Source: an uncultured Fibrobacterota bacterium
GTDB taxonomy: Bacteria; Fibrobacterota; Chitinivibrionia; Chitinivibrionales; FEN-1185
Direction of reading: 5' to 3'
Assembly (NCBI GenBank): GCA_963729895.1
Contig: CAVSQB010000022.1
Coordinates: forward strand, 32,001-96,000
DNA length: 64,000 bases
The notes below the pieces were generated by a model that did not search any database, had not been told where the DNA came from, and saw nothing but the letters and a program-made list of their open reading frames with translations. Shown here piece after piece: positions 30,499 to 41,463 of the stretch. The position numbers and the translations under genes were made by a program. Every line of letters begins with the position of its first letter. Position 1 is the first letter of the stretch.

Positions 30499-31644
30499 CT
30501 ATCCTGCTTTGCAGAAAGATCGTAGAGCATTGCAGACACGCAAAATGTCCCGTTCGGAGAGTTCGGGAAACATAGGAAGGCTCAGTATAGAGGAGCACAC
30601 GGCTTCGGTGTTGGGCAGTCCACTATCAGAAATGCGCACACGACCTTGATAGGCTTTCTGCAAATGCACGGGCGCGGGATAATGGATTGCTGTTCCTATG
30701 CCGTGTGACTTGAAATACTTCTGCATTTCCGCTCTTGGACCTGCGCATTTGATTACGTAAAGATGATAGGCGTGTTTGTAATCGGTTCTTTCGATTGGAA
30801 TTGTTACGTCTGTCCCTTTGAGCGCTTCATTGTATCTTAAGGCAATTGCCCTGCGTAGGGCGTTGTTTTCCTCAAGCTTTGGCAGTTTGACTCTTAGAAC
30901 CGCAGCCTGCAGCTCATCCAATCTGGAGTTTATACCCGGGAAATGACTTATATATCGCTCCATCCATCCATATTCCCGGAGTGCTCGGAGCTTTTCAGCC
31001 ACTCCGTCATCGTTGCAACACACCATGCCGCCGTCGCCAAACGCCCCAAGGTTCTTTGTCGGATAGAAGCTGAAGCAGGCGGCGTGGCCGAAACTGCCCA
31101 CTTTCTTTCCCCCGATTTCCGCGCCGTGAGCTTGCGCGCAGTCTTCGATGACTAGAAGATCGTTTCTACGTGCAATTTCGAGGATTGAGGGCATGTCGGC
31201 CGGATGACCGTATAAATGAACCGGAATTATCGCTTTGGGAATGCCGATCTTTGTTGCTTTTTGCTGCTGGATGGCTCGAAGCAGACTTTGGGGGTCCATT
31301 GTATAGGTTTGGGGGTCGACATCAACCAGAAAAGGCGCCGCTCCAGTTCTCTCGATTGCTGCAACCGTGGCAACGGCGGTGTGCGATACCGTAAACGCAA
31401 CATCCCCGGAGCCAATGTTGAAAGCGCGAAGTGCGACCTCGATGGCATCGGTGCCGTTTGCAACGCCGATTCCATGTCGGCATCCTATAAACCTCGAAAA
31501 TGCATCCTCGAAATTCGATACTTCCTTGCCCAGAATGTACCATCCCCCGTTGAGAACACTCATAACTGCGGAGTCAATGGCATCTTTCTGTGCCGCATAA
31601 CCAGCAAGAGGGTTTGCCTGCGGAATCACTTCCTGCACATTCAC
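30499..31644 (-). CDS. DegT/DnrJ/EryC1/StrS sugar aminotransferase
   Basis: [45 protein letters not shown]. Confidence 0.95.
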   Translation of the reverse strand: MNVQEVIPQANPLAGYAAQKDAIDSAVMSVLNGGWYILGKEVSNFEDAFSRFIGCRHGIGVANGTDAIEVALRAFNIGSGDVAFTVSHTAVATVAAIERTGAAPFLVDVDPQTYTMDPQSLLRAIQQQKATKIGIPKAIIPVHLYGHPADMPSILEIARRNDLLVIEDCAQAHGAEIGGKKVGSFGHAACFSFYPTKNLGAFGDGGMVCCNDDGVAEKLRALREYGWMERYISHFPGINSRLDELQAAVLRVKLPKLEENNALRRAIALRYNEALKGTDVTIPIERTDYKHAYHLYVIKCAGPRAEMQKYFKSHGIGTAIHYPAPVHLQKAYQGRVRISDSGLPNTEAVCSSILSLPMFPELSERDILRVCNALRSFCKAG

Positions 31645-31664
31645 AATGAAAATGACCTTCTTCG

Positions 31665-32645
31665 TTAGAGATAATAAGAAAGGTTTTCTTTGTAGAAATC
31701 CAAGGAACGTCTCGTTCCTTCTTCAAGAGAGATCCGAGGCTCCCAACCGATTTCGTCTCTGATGAGATTGAAATCAGAATAATAATCGCCAATGTCTATC
31801 TTCTTCCGCTCCTCGGGGAAATCCTTGACCACATATTCGCCGCTCTCATATACTGAAATGCATAGTTCCGCTAAATCCTTGAGGGAAACAATCCTTTCGC
31901 CGCCAAGATTGTAAATCTTACCTATTGCTTTCTCATCAACAGCACATTTGAGCAGTGCGGAGACGCAATCATCAACATAGGTGAAGTCGCGTAATTGACC
32001 TCCGCCCCATACCTCGATTGGTTTATTTTGAAGAAGCCGGGTGAACCAGATTCCCAGAAAGGTCTGCCTCGCATCCTTCACACGCATTCGCGGACCATAT
32101 GTGTTGGTCAACCTGAGAGCGCATGCTTCAATTCCGTGCACATTATTGTACAGAATATGGTACCATTCTCCGGCCGACTTGTTTATCCCGTTGACATCCA
32201 CGGGGCGAACGGGGTGTTTTTCGTCAACGGGCAAGTAATCCGGCTTGCCATATATTTGCCTTGTACTTGCAAATACAATTCTTATCTGCGGATTATAGAG
32301 TCGGCATGCTTCTAAAATCGAAAGCTGAGCCGCACAATTTATTTCGAGGTCTGTGGCCGGATTCTGCATAGAATCCATATGGCTGGTCTGACCGGCGAGA
32401 TTAAAAAGGTAATCCTGGCCTTTAATAAGAAACTTCATACTGTGAGAATCACGCACATCGGAGAAATTGATCTGCACTTTGTCCTCAATGCCCACGATAT
32501 TAAAGAGGTTGCCGCCATATTCCGGTATCATGCTGTCAACGAGAATGACTTTTGAACCAAAACCAACGAGGGTCCGAGCGAGGTTGGATCCGATGAAGCC
32601 CATACCGCCGGTGATGAGCACCTTCTTGTTTCGGAATATTTCCAT
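31665..32645 (-). CDS. NAD-dependent epimerase/dehydratase
   Basis: [31 protein letters not shown] YxxxK appears as NGINK. Confidence 0.88.
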   Translation of the reverse strand: MEIFRNKKVLITGGMGFIGSNLARTLVGFGSKVILVDSMIPEYGGNLFNIVGIEDKVQINFSDVRDSHSMKFLIKGQDYLFNLAGQTSHMDSMQNPATDLEINCAAQLSILEACRLYNPQIRIVFASTRQIYGKPDYLPVDEKHPVRPVDVNGINKSAGEWYHILYNNVHGIEACALRLTNTYGPRMRVKDARQTFLGIWFTRLLQNKPIEVWGGGQLRDFTYVDDCVSALLKCAVDEKAIGKIYNLGGERIVSLKDLAELCISVYESGEYVVKDFPEERKKIDIGDYYSDFNLIRDEIGWEPRISLEEGTRRSLDFYKENLSYYL

Positions 32646-32648
32646 CGG

Positions 32649-33383
32649 TCACATCTTTCTAGCACATACTACATTATCAAGATACAAATCCTCATTTCTT
32701 GGAAGCAATCGCCAGAGAACTGTTCCAAGAAGATTAATTGGTGACATGAAAAGGAGACTGATAAGAAGATTGGCACGATAGTTTCTTGTCATAAGGACTT
32801 TATATAAATAGGCATTTATCAGTTGAAAAAGGACCCTGGTGTCCGCAAGCGTTTTCCTTTTTTCAATGACTCGAAACCCGTTTTTGTTAAGAATGTACTC
32901 TATGCCGAATGAGGTATAGCGGGCATAGTCGGACGGCTGCTCATGTTCGTCCCAAACAAAAGGCACCGTTAGAAGCAGGCGTCCTTCATTCCGAAGCACC
33001 CTTCGAAGTTCCTGAAGAACACTATCCGGATTAAATACATGCTCGAGCACTTGGCTCATGATTATGCAATCAAAAGAACCGGCGTCCGCCGGAATCGTTT
33101 TTCCGTCATAATACATATCCGCAAAACCCCTGCGCCTCGTTTCCGGAGTATCAATCTCCAATCCTATGTACTCTTTGCAGGGAAAAATCTTTTTGTATGG
33201 TTTGCTTCCGCAGCCAACGTCGAGGACTTTTCCGTAAATGAGGTGTGAGAAATGCTTGATGTCTGCGAGCAACCCTGTCCTTGCAAAATAGAACGGGTTT
33301 ACTAATATCCCAAAAGGGGGCGTCGGATAAAATTGCTCATTTTGTATCCGACTCTTGATTTTAAGCAATAGTTGGCTGGTCAA
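32649..33383 (-). CDS. Class I SAM-dependent methyltransferase
   Basis: VLDVGCGSKPY, SQVLEHV, TVPFVWDEHEQPSDYARYT. Confidence 0.9.
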   Translation of the reverse strand: MTSQLLLKIKSRIQNEQFYPTPPFGILVNPFYFARTGLLADIKHFSHLIYGKVLDVGCGSKPYKKIFPCKEYIGLEIDTPETRRRGFADMYYDGKTIPADAGSFDCIIMSQVLEHVFNPDSVLQELRRVLRNEGRLLLTVPFVWDEHEQPSDYARYTSFGIEYILNKNGFRVIEKRKTLADTRVLFQLINAYLYKVLMTRNYRANLLISLLFMSPINLLGTVLWRLLPRNEDLYLDNVVCARKM

Positions 33384-33418
33384 GGGGTTCCTCTGAAAGA
33401 ATTTCTTGGGAAAATTCT

Positions 33419-34942
33419 TTAACCATCCCCGCGCTCTTCTCGAGAGAAGCTTGTTTCTCGCTCTTGATAAAGCTCTTCAAGTAATAGATTGTATTTCATT
33501 GCGGCTGAAATTTGCCTTTCCACATAAGGTGCCTTGTTTTTACAAATATTCTTGAAGAGATCAATCATTCCTGTTTCTGTCTCGACGTGAAGGAAGCCAA
33601 GATCCTCGTAATCCTTCATGAAGGATCTCCTTCCTGTAAAATTTGCAATTATTCCCAGCTTTCCAATTTTATATACATCCAAAAGCACATTAGAGTATTC
33701 AGAAACAAAGATATCCCCCCGAGATAAGTCTTCTAGCAGAGATGATTTTGAGAGATGCAGGTTTGGATTTCCGAATGAATCCACGTAGCTCTGAATTCGA
33801 GAAAGGGAACGCACTCCTTCGTGCGATGGGTGCACAGCTGTTGGGTGTGTTCTAATTATGAACGTCAGCTCAGGAAAATATTGAGACAGGAACGAGAATT
33901 TCTCGATAAGAATGTCCGTATCGGAACGATTGATAAGGGCGGTCCAGTCTCCTCCATGATTTAGAACCAAATAAACCCGCCTTAATTCTTTTGAGCTTTC
34001 GATAGCGGTTCTCAGTTCTTCCTTCTGTGTAAATGAGTATGGCTTCTTAGCTGGTTTGTTAAATCTTGTGAACCATTTTGCATCAAACATGTCTCTTACG
34101 ATAAACGTGCCTGTAAGAAAAGAATCGATATAGCTTCGAGGATAATTACTTGGATGATAGCCATCAATAAAGATTTCTATCGGAAATCGCAACATTTCCA
34201 ACTGGGAACTATATCCGTGGATGGTTGTGGCAATTACAACCCGGCGCTTCCGGTTCTTCGCCTTCCTCAATGCATATTTAAGATGAAAGTTTGGTCCTTT
34301 GAACAAGCGAGCATAAAGTAATCTGTATGGTTGAACAGTGTAGCTGATGATGTCTGCATCAGGTGCAAACTTCAATCGTCCCACGCTGGTTGGAAAACAA
34401 AATAGTGTTTGATTGAATAGAATTTCGGTAATAATCAGCGCGCGGAATCGCTCTTTGATACGTGCTATTTTCGACCTAAGAAACCCCCCGGGTTTATCGG
34501 CTTTGTCTGACAAAAGACTTTTTGCGCCAACCGCATCCCAGAACCTCCCGGATATTCCAAGGCCATTTTGGTAAAAAATTATGTTAACAGAATATTGTTC
34601 ATTTATTTTGGCGAATAGTGCACCATTCTTATTGAATAGGCTTTGCTCTATAAAGGTTGCGTTGTAGTGATGTTTGGCATCTTCATCGTTTAGTGTTGGC
34701 AAGAGCTTCTGAGTAGCTTCATCATCGCATTGCTGCAATTCCTGATCTGATAAAAAATCAGAAAAAGTCTTTGTTGCGGTTCTTATCGGTAGCAGGTTTC
34801 TTAGCTTGCTTCTCTCATTTTTAAATAGATAATGAGTTGTAATGATAAGAACCTCTTGAAACCCGCCGTTTTCACATAACGTCTTTAATGTTGACGGTTG
34901 CGTGTCTTGGTTTATGATGAATACTGCGTCAAGTGTTATCAT
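33419..34942 (-). CDS. Hypothetical protein; C-terminus resembles HP-motif (CMP/CDP-donor) GT-B transferases
   Basis: 507-aa ORF coupled to the upstream gene by an ATGA overlap; FIIRTHP and DIFVSEYSNVLLD. Confidence 0.55.
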   Translation of the reverse strand: MITLDAVFIINQDTQPSTLKTLCENGGFQEVLIITTHYLFKNERSKLRNLLPIRTATKTFSDFLSDQELQQCDDEATQKLLPTLNDEDAKHHYNATFIEQSLFNKNGALFAKINEQYSVNIIFYQNGLGISGRFWDAVGAKSLLSDKADKPGGFLRSKIARIKERFRALIITEILFNQTLFCFPTSVGRLKFAPDADIISYTVQPYRLLYARLFKGPNFHLKYALRKAKNRKRRVVIATTIHGYSSQLEMLRFPIEIFIDGYHPSNYPRSYIDSFLTGTFIVRDMFDAKWFTRFNKPAKKPYSFTQKEELRTAIESSKELRRVYLVLNHGGDWTALINRSDTDILIEKFSFLSQYFPELTFIIRTHPTAVHPSHEGVRSLSRIQSYVDSFGNPNLHLSKSSLLEDLSRGDIFVSEYSNVLLDVYKIGKLGIIANFTGRRSFMKDYEDLGFLHVETETGMIDLFKNICKNKAPYVERQISAAMKYNLLLEELYQERETSFSREERGDG

Positions 34943-36030
34943 TGGTTAATCTTAAATGGAACGTTATATCGTTTTGACAAGCTTAGAAATTCTTCCATGA
35001 GAAATGGCTCTACAGGAATACCTTCCGCACTTCTAATTTGTGCAAATTCCTTTTCCGGATCTCCCGGGAACATTACCTTTTGAGTGGGATTTTTGGGTAA
35101 TTCCTTTCGAACATTGGTTGCAAGGTTTTTCATCCGCCTCTTGAACTCGCCTGGGTCCTGAAACGCGTCAATTCTCATGGCGATGAAGAACTGGCCCAAA
35201 AAGCGTTTTTCTGAGATTGGATTGCCATACATATTTGAGACATCGATTCCAACAGGCATTCCGGACAACATGCCACACAGAATGTCTACCATGATGCTTA
35301 ATCCAAATCCCTTGTAGTCACCGATTGGGGCTAAATATTTTGCGAGCTGCGGGTCGTCGGTTGGATTTGCTTGGTCGTCATACGCATAGCTTGCTGTCTC
35401 AAGGCGATGATTACGTTCGCGATGGAGTTTTACGTTGTTCCACGTTATTTGTGTTGTTGACATATCAAGGCAGAAAGGATCTTCACCTTCCATGGGGGCA
35501 GTAAAGCAAATTGGGTTTGCCCCAAAAAATGCACGTTTTCCCCCAGGAGACAGCATAAGAGGAGATGCGTTAGTGAAACTTAGGCCGATCATGTTGTGAT
35601 ATGCGGGCAATAGTCCATAGCAGGCTGCTGCTCCAAAATGGGTTGAGTTCTTTACGGCTACTGCCCCGAATCCGAGTTCGGTGGCGATTGCTATTGCTTG
35701 GTTCATTGCAACGGTTCCACAGGCGTGTCCAAAGGTATGATCCGCGTCCAATACCGTGCACGTTGGGAAGGTTTTGGCCCACTTATATTTTGGAAACCCG
35801 TTTATTCGCCCGGCTTCCAACGCCCTCGTATAGTGCGGAAACAGCCTTATTCCATGCGAGTCAACCCCTCTGACAGAGGTACGTACCAAGCCGGAGGCGG
35901 TCGTGAGAGCTACATCATCAGCGCATTTTATGGCCTTGAGAACCTTAAAGAAAAATATTTCCAGTGTCTCTCCTTGGATTCTTGCGTCTTTCACATTGTC
36001 TCCTTGCAATGTATAACTAATCGTGTGCAT
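34939..36030 (-). CDS. Ldh_2-family (type 2 malate/L-lactate/sulfolactate) dehydrogenase
   Basis: RGVDSHG, NSTHFGAA, FGANPI, LDMST, YKGFGL. Confidence 0.9.
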   Translation of the reverse strand: MHTISYTLQGDNVKDARIQGETLEIFFFKVLKAIKCADDVALTTASGLVRTSVRGVDSHGIRLFPHYTRALEAGRINGFPKYKWAKTFPTCTVLDADHTFGHACGTVAMNQAIAIATELGFGAVAVKNSTHFGAAACYGLLPAYHNMIGLSFTNASPLMLSPGGKRAFFGANPICFTAPMEGEDPFCLDMSTTQITWNNVKLHRERNHRLETASYAYDDQANPTDDPQLAKYLAPIGDYKGFGLSIMVDILCGMLSGMPVGIDVSNMYGNPISEKRFLGQFFIAMRIDAFQDPGEFKRRMKNLATNVRKELPKNPTQKVMFPGDPEKEFAQIRSAEGIPVEPFLMEEFLSLSKRYNVPFKINQ

Positions 36031-37195
36031 TTACATTTATATTTTGCCAAATGAATGGGTGTTTCAGGCACGTATTTACCGCTTCTGTCACCGCCACAGA
36101 GACCAATGAACTTTTGAATCCTGGGCGGTTTTTTGAAAGATGTTCGAGGGAAACGGCTCCTTTTTGCAATGAAAAGATGTCCGAAATAAACTGAAATATG
36201 CTCCTGTGACCGTACCCTGAAAAATACGATGAGCCGTCCGGTCCGATTTCAAATTCAGAAAAATAGGGATTGACCTGCTGTGTTCCGTTTTGGTTGACAA
36301 GCTCAATCCCTCTATTCTTTTGGTCAAGTTCGATACGGCCGTTGGTTCCGATTATCTTGTATTTCTGATCAGACATAGCGCTTGTAGTGACCGGGTCTAT
36401 CCAATTTGTGTTGAATATGGACAGAAACTGATCGTCTTTGTCCTCTCTGTTTTGCCACACAATAATGGCATGCACAGAGTCGAATGCATTTATTCCGTTG
36501 GCAAGTAGGGTGCCCGTTGTGCCGGTCGCTGTCACCTTAGTCGGGAGAAAACCCGTTAAGAAGAAGATTAAATCGACATAGTGAACCCCAAGGTATTGAA
36601 AAATGTTGGTCGCCCCGCTCCACGACCTGAATAACTCCGTTGGAATAACAATCCTCTGAGAGTAATCAACGTCAAAATACAGTAACTTCCCCAGTTTCTT
36701 TTCCTTAATCGCCTTTCGGGCAAACAGATTTGTTTCGTCGAAGCGTTTGTGGAACTCGACGGCGGCCCAGACGCCGCTGTTCTCTTGAATCTCAATCAAA
36801 TCGAGCGCTTCGGATAGCGTGGGCACCAGCGGTTTTACAACTAGAGTATGCAGCTTGTTTTGCAAGAGAGCTTTTGCGTATTCGTAATGAAACTGATCAG
36901 GAACGCAGAGTATTGCGCAGTCGACCCCTCGTTCCCGGCGTAGCATCCGAGCCGTGTTCTGCACATCTTCTGATATTACATCGTACGTCACATTCATCCT
37001 GGTTCCCAGTCTTGTATTTATCGAAGAGGCTGTCATGGTCACGTTATTCTTGTTTTCGGGATGTTTTGCAAGGACAATCACCTCCTCGATCGGCAGTGTT
37101 CTCGAGGTTTCCGCCAGAGAGGACAATATTGTTCCGTTTCCGTACCCCCCTCTACCGGTGACGTACATGCCAGCGCCGAACACTGCAATTTTCAT
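36017..37195 (-). CDS. Gfo/Idh/MocA-family oxidoreductase
   Basis: IAVFGAG, CVPDQFH, LVVKP, EFHKRFD, LGVHYVD. Confidence 0.88.
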   Translation of the reverse strand: MKIAVFGAGMYVTGRGGYGNGTILSSLAETSRTLPIEEVIVLAKHPENKNNVTMTASSINTRLGTRMNVTYDVISEDVQNTARMLRRERGVDCAILCVPDQFHYEYAKALLQNKLHTLVVKPLVPTLSEALDLIEIQENSGVWAAVEFHKRFDETNLFARKAIKEKKLGKLLYFDVDYSQRIVIPTELFRSWSGATNIFQYLGVHYVDLIFFLTGFLPTKVTATGTTGTLLANGINAFDSVHAIIVWQNREDKDDQFLSIFNTNWIDPVTTSAMSDQKYKIIGTNGRIELDQKNRGIELVNQNGTQQVNPYFSEFEIGPDGSSYFSGYGHRSIFQFISDIFSLQKGAVSLEHLSKNRPGFKSSLVSVAVTEAVNTCLKHPFIWQNINVNAHD

Positions 37196-37902
37196 TTCAT
37201 TCCTTTCATAAAATACCGAGTTATCTCCAAATCCTTCTTGGAATCAATATCAAAAACCTCGTCTGGATTCATCACGTATGGAAGGATTTTTCCTCCGGTC
37301 ATTGACTTCAGACCAAGGATCGTTCTTGGTTTTGTTACGTCAATTACACAATTATAGTAGAATATTTTCGGCAAATCCTGCCTTCTAAGGAGATATGGTT
37401 CCGGATGTTCGTGTTTCATCAGGGGATCCAAGTAACCATTTGTACCAATTCTAAACATTCTGTACGGATGCCTATCAGGCTCGGATACTGAGCGAACGGA
37501 ATCCGCTTCTGGATGATTTTCAAGTAGCTTGATCGCTTCCTCTAACCATTCACTCTTCCTGTACGGGGCGGTGGGCCTCAAGTGAACAATAAAATCAGGT
37601 CGATAATGTTCAACTTGGTCAAGGTACGATAGCGCATGTTCAAAAACCGGTAAATCCAACACATGGTCTTCCGCCAACTCTTTTGGTCGCAGAAATGGTA
37701 CTTCCGCTCCAAATTTCAAAGACACAATTCTAATTTCCTCGTCGTCAGTTGAAACAATCACTCTCGCAATGTTGTTTGTGGAGAGCGCACTCCTAATTGA
37801 ATAACCCACTAACGGAATGCCGTCAATTTCAACCAGGTTCTTTTTCTTTATGCCCTTTGAACCACCCCGGGCAGGAATTATGGCTACGACATTCTCATTC
37901 AT
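37192..37902 (-). CDS. Acylneuraminate-type cytidylyltransferase (NeuA/CMP-sugar synthetase family)
   Basis: AIIPARGGSKGIKKKN, VSTDD, PFLRP, LRPTAP, RRQDLP, DIDS. Confidence 0.92.
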   Translation of the reverse strand: MNENVVAIIPARGGSKGIKKKNLVEIDGIPLVGYSIRSALSTNNIARVIVSTDDEEIRIVSLKFGAEVPFLRPKELAEDHVLDLPVFEHALSYLDQVEHYRPDFIVHLRPTAPYRKSEWLEEAIKLLENHPEADSVRSVSEPDRHPYRMFRIGTNGYLDPLMKHEHPEPYLLRRQDLPKIFYYNCVIDVTKPRTILGLKSMTGGKILPYVMNPDEVFDIDSKKDLEITRYFMKGMK

Positions 37903-37948
37903 ATGTGTACAGCCTCATCAGTATTTGGTTGCAAAACGACAGTCCCAA

Positions 37949-38776
37949 TCACTTTCGGGTTACCAAGAGACGCCCCCACATGCCATTCGAACTTCTTCTT
38001 TCATACTGATTCCAAAAGGTATCATTGATGAAAACCCTTAGAACCCTCTTTATATTTCTTCTTACAAAATCATTAGCCCACCAGAAATCGATATTCGGAC
38101 CACATATTGAATAATTAATTATGTCCAATTTGCAGATCTTAATGAATTCAATAATGCTCTGGGAGGTGAAAAAGCTAAGGTGTCCTTCCTGATCAATGAA
38201 CTGCTCGCGGAGGGCATTCCGGTAGAGAGGTATTTCGATAAAGATGAATCTCGCTTTTCCAGACACCTTTTCCAATGCTTCGGCCGGGTTGATTAGGTGC
38301 TCTAGTACATGGCTCAGGATAGCGAGATCACAATATGGAATATTCAGCAATTCTCCTTCATCGGTTATTCTTGCAATGTTTAGCCCTTGATTTTTGCAGT
38401 ATTCATATGCTTCAGGATCCATTTCATATCCTGTTGTATAAATTCCGTAGGATCTGTTCAAGCATGATAGAAGGCGACCATATCCACAACCAATATCCAC
38501 GGCTTCTCTTATTTTGTCTAACGAAATTACTTCCTCTATGAAACGGGTTTGGGCTTTCGCTCTTTTTTCCATTACCCTAAAATAATCATTGTTAAGTTGT
38601 TGCTTTCGTTTCATTCCATATTGGTCATTGTAATATTGTGCAATGCGTTCCGCTGTTGGGTGCTCAGCCAATTGAATGTGGCCGCATTTACAGCAATTTT
38701 TCAAATACCTGCCGACGAATTGGTCTTTGTATTTCAAGTCTGTTAACGAGGCGTTACCGCAACAAATGCAATTCAT
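37949..38776 (-). CDS. Class I SAM methyltransferase with N-terminal Zn-finger
   Basis: CICC...CCKCG, VDIGCGYG, SHVLEH. Confidence 0.85.
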   Translation of the reverse strand: MNCICCGNASLTDLKYKDQFVGRYLKNCCKCGHIQLAEHPTAERIAQYYNDQYGMKRKQQLNNDYFRVMEKRAKAQTRFIEEVISLDKIREAVDIGCGYGRLLSCLNRSYGIYTTGYEMDPEAYEYCKNQGLNIARITDEGELLNIPYCDLAILSHVLEHLINPAEALEKVSGKARFIFIEIPLYRNALREQFIDQEGHLSFFTSQSIIEFIKICKLDIINYSICGPNIDFWWANDFVRRNIKRVLRVFINDTFWNQYERRSSNGMWGRLLVTRK

Positions 38777-38804
38777 GGGGCTCTCGAATCTTGCGATATT
38801 ATTG

Positions 38805-40277
38805 TCACGTTGTCGCGATTGCGGTTGGGCTGTCCTCATGGGAATTCTTCATTTCGCTGATGAAGAAACCTATCTCTTTCCAGGATGCGGTAGCAACGCA
38901 TGATGCTATAAGAAAGAAAATACCTGTTTTCACAAGAAATTGTCGTGGCCCCAATGTGTTTGGGGCGATGTATGCAACAAGTGGGACAAAGCAGAATAGT
39001 ATTGCTCTTACAATCGGCCAGCTAAGCTTTCTTTTTCGTTGGCAAAACATATACACAATGGAGGACATTATAAGATTGGAAAACATCATCGATAGTCCGG
39101 CTCCATAAATGTGCCATTTGTTTATGAAGAGATATCCGAGAATGGAGGAAAAGATGCTTGACGATAGCGTTATTCCAGCAATGATTGTTGTCGATGAGTA
39201 TCTGAAAAGAACATTAACGATATTCATGTAGATGAGCAAGAACAGGAGTGCCGAGCAAATCATTGGTACGTATTGAGAGGCCGTGTGGAAATCTTTTGTA
39301 GTTAATAAATGGATTATTTCCAGTGAAAAGAGGGACATTAGCAGAGCTATAAGAGAAAACGCACCAACTGAAAGTACAAGGACACCGACAATTGCGGATT
39401 GTCTTTTGTTATTGTCGATAAGTGAAAAGAAGCGCGGATTGTTTGCGTCCCTAAAAGACCCAATGAATAGCTGGAGTAGGCTTCCATATGAAAAGGCTAT
39501 CTGATAAATGCCTGCATTTGAGGTTGTTGAAAGGGTTGAGAGAAATATCTTGTCCATAGAACCCTTTATCCAGTGGGCCAGATTGTGAGGAATAAGGGGC
39601 ACCGAAAAAGCAATCATTTTTACTAATTGTTTTGCGCTGAAATCACGTCCGTGCGTTCTTAGTAGGAGGCCGCCAAAGAAAATCGAAAAGAGACCGTTAC
39701 TTATTAGTGACGAGTAGATGAAACTCATTGCGCCGAGTCTGTTTCGGATGAGTAGTACGAGCGTCAGCCCGACAGAGACGGCAAAAAAAAGTAGATTCAT
39801 GAGCGAATAGTGTTTTCCTTTTTCTTCTGCTTGCAAAACTTGGTAATAGGTGACCGGCAGTATGCTGAAGAAGGAGGCCACGAAGCTGAAGAATACATAT
39901 GGGTAGTATGGAATTTTGAAAAGCTGCAAATTTTTCGTTACTGGAATAAGCGTGGTAAGAATTGCGGTTAATACCACCCCAAAAACTAATTCGAAATATA
40001 TAGCTGTGGAGATGACGGTTGCTTTGTTTTCTTCCTTTCTGATCACATTAAAATAGACACTGTCGTTTATGCACAAAAAGACGAGGAGGGGAGCAATGGA
40101 TGTTATCGATAAACTCACGGCGAGAAGCCCATATTGGTAGGGGCTCATATAAAATGTGTAAATAGGAATCAAAACAATGCTTGAACTCTTTTGAAGCAGT
40201 TGAAATATGAAGTAGATGTTAAGATTCCGAAACCGTCTGTTTCGCAGGAAATGTTTAGCTATCTCTCTTTTTGTCAT
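38805..40277 (-). CDS. wzx: Wzx-type polysaccharide flippase
   Basis: About 12-14 TM; LIPIYT...SPYQYG, FSVPLIPH, DKIFL, GIYQIA. Confidence 0.85.
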   Translation of the reverse strand: MTKREIAKHFLRNRRFRNLNIYFIFQLLQKSSSIVLIPIYTFYMSPYQYGLLAVSLSITSIAPLLVFLCINDSVYFNVIRKEENKATVISTAIYFELVFGVVLTAILTTLIPVTKNLQLFKIPYYPYVFFSFVASFFSILPVTYYQVLQAEEKGKHYSLMNLLFFAVSVGLTLVLLIRNRLGAMSFIYSSLISNGLFSIFFGGLLLRTHGRDFSAKQLVKMIAFSVPLIPHNLAHWIKGSMDKIFLSTLSTTSNAGIYQIAFSYGSLLQLFIGSFRDANNPRFFSLIDNNKRQSAIVGVLVLSVGAFSLIALLMSLFSLEIIHLLTTKDFHTASQYVPMICSALLFLLIYMNIVNVLFRYSSTTIIAGITLSSSIFSSILGYLFINKWHIYGAGLSMMFSNLIMSSIVYMFCQRKRKLSWPIVRAILFCFVPLVAYIAPNTLGPRQFLVKTGIFFLIASCVATASWKEIGFFISEMKNSHEDSPTAIATT

Positions 40278-40284
40278 TGTTTCG

Positions 40285-41463
40285 TCATTTCGCGTCTTCG
40301 ATTTTCGGTAGATAATCCAATCGGTTGCGCAGTTTGATTTGGTGTGGTTGATGGCAAAGCCGGCTTCTCACATCATAGGTGACTTTCATTGACTCCTCGA
40401 GCATATTCAAATATTCTTCGCCTTCAAATGCTCTTTCACTTCTGTAGATTATATGTTCTGTGGTGGTGTCTTGATACGACTGCTTTTTCAATTTAATTTT
40501 CGGCGAGGTCTTTTCAATTGACGAAAGAATGTCAGAGCAGATAGTTTGTAACCATAGCATCTTTTGCTGGTAATTCAATTGCCCAAGGCGGTTTTCGATG
40601 TTCTCAACTCTCTTAAGAAACCCCAGCATTCTGAACTCTTTCATCCACGCGTGAAAAGAATGCATTGGATAGGAGTGGAAGTTTTGTTCCGGCAGCTCAC
40701 TGTTTTCAATAAAAGTATTTTGAATTTCCTTAAGGTGGACTCTCTCTATTTTATCTTCTTCTTCTTCAAGCCAGAATTTTTCTCTTTGTAAGCCATCGGG
40801 GAGCAGGAACGAACTCTCCGCGTCTCTCCATGAATATATAACTCCACACTGATCAAGAATGGCCTTGTTCCACATCTGTGAATCAAAGTTGTGAATTGAG
40901 TGCAGGTAGAGGTTTGTAAGCATGCCACTCACAGGAATGCAGTTTACCAGCGAATTATGGATACCTTTTACCCTGTATGGGGTTCGGGGGATTCGTTTTC
41001 GGGTTTCGATATCGAATCGTTCGGGGTTGAGAAACAGCCCATCGATCTTTTCCTGTGAGAGTAAGAATACCTGTTCATTTGTTAGCATAAATTCGGGGGG
41101 CAGGTAAAATTCCGCGACGTTTCTGAATTCGTTCTGAATTATCGTCTTTCCCCAAGAAAAATTTAGCAGAAACGCTTCAGGTGTTCTGAGTATCGAAATG
41201 TCATGCGCGAAGGGTCTAAGGAGGATTTCAAAGGTCTTGGGGTTTTCATTGATAAGATCGAGCGAGCATGGATTTAGCGCAAGGATGTCAGCAATCGTTC
41301 CCCCAGTGAAGCCAATCGTGATCTTCTTTTTCAGTGCAACATAAAACTCCAGCCACTTATGTAACTGTGAGTTTTTGCCGCCATCAAGACTCGCTATCCA
41401 AGACTTTGAGGAAAGACATGAAGCATCTGCGTTAAAATTCGCAACGTCTACAAGACTGGACAT
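40285..41463 (-). CDS. Hypothetical protein with GH57-like N-terminal motifs
   Basis: EILLRPFAHDI and FYLPPEF resemble the GH57 'E...YxHP' and 'FWPPE' regions. Confidence 0.5.
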   Translation of the reverse strand: MSSLVDVANFNADASCLSSKSWIASLDGGKNSQLHKWLEFYVALKKKITIGFTGGTIADILALNPCSLDLINENPKTFEILLRPFAHDISILRTPEAFLLNFSWGKTIIQNEFRNVAEFYLPPEFMLTNEQVFLLSQEKIDGLFLNPERFDIETRKRIPRTPYRVKGIHNSLVNCIPVSGMLTNLYLHSIHNFDSQMWNKAILDQCGVIYSWRDAESSFLLPDGLQREKFWLEEEEDKIERVHLKEIQNTFIENSELPEQNFHSYPMHSFHAWMKEFRMLGFLKRVENIENRLGQLNYQQKMLWLQTICSDILSSIEKTSPKIKLKKQSYQDTTTEHIIYRSERAFEGEEYLNMLEESMKVTYDVRSRLCHQPHQIKLRNRLDYLPKIEDAK

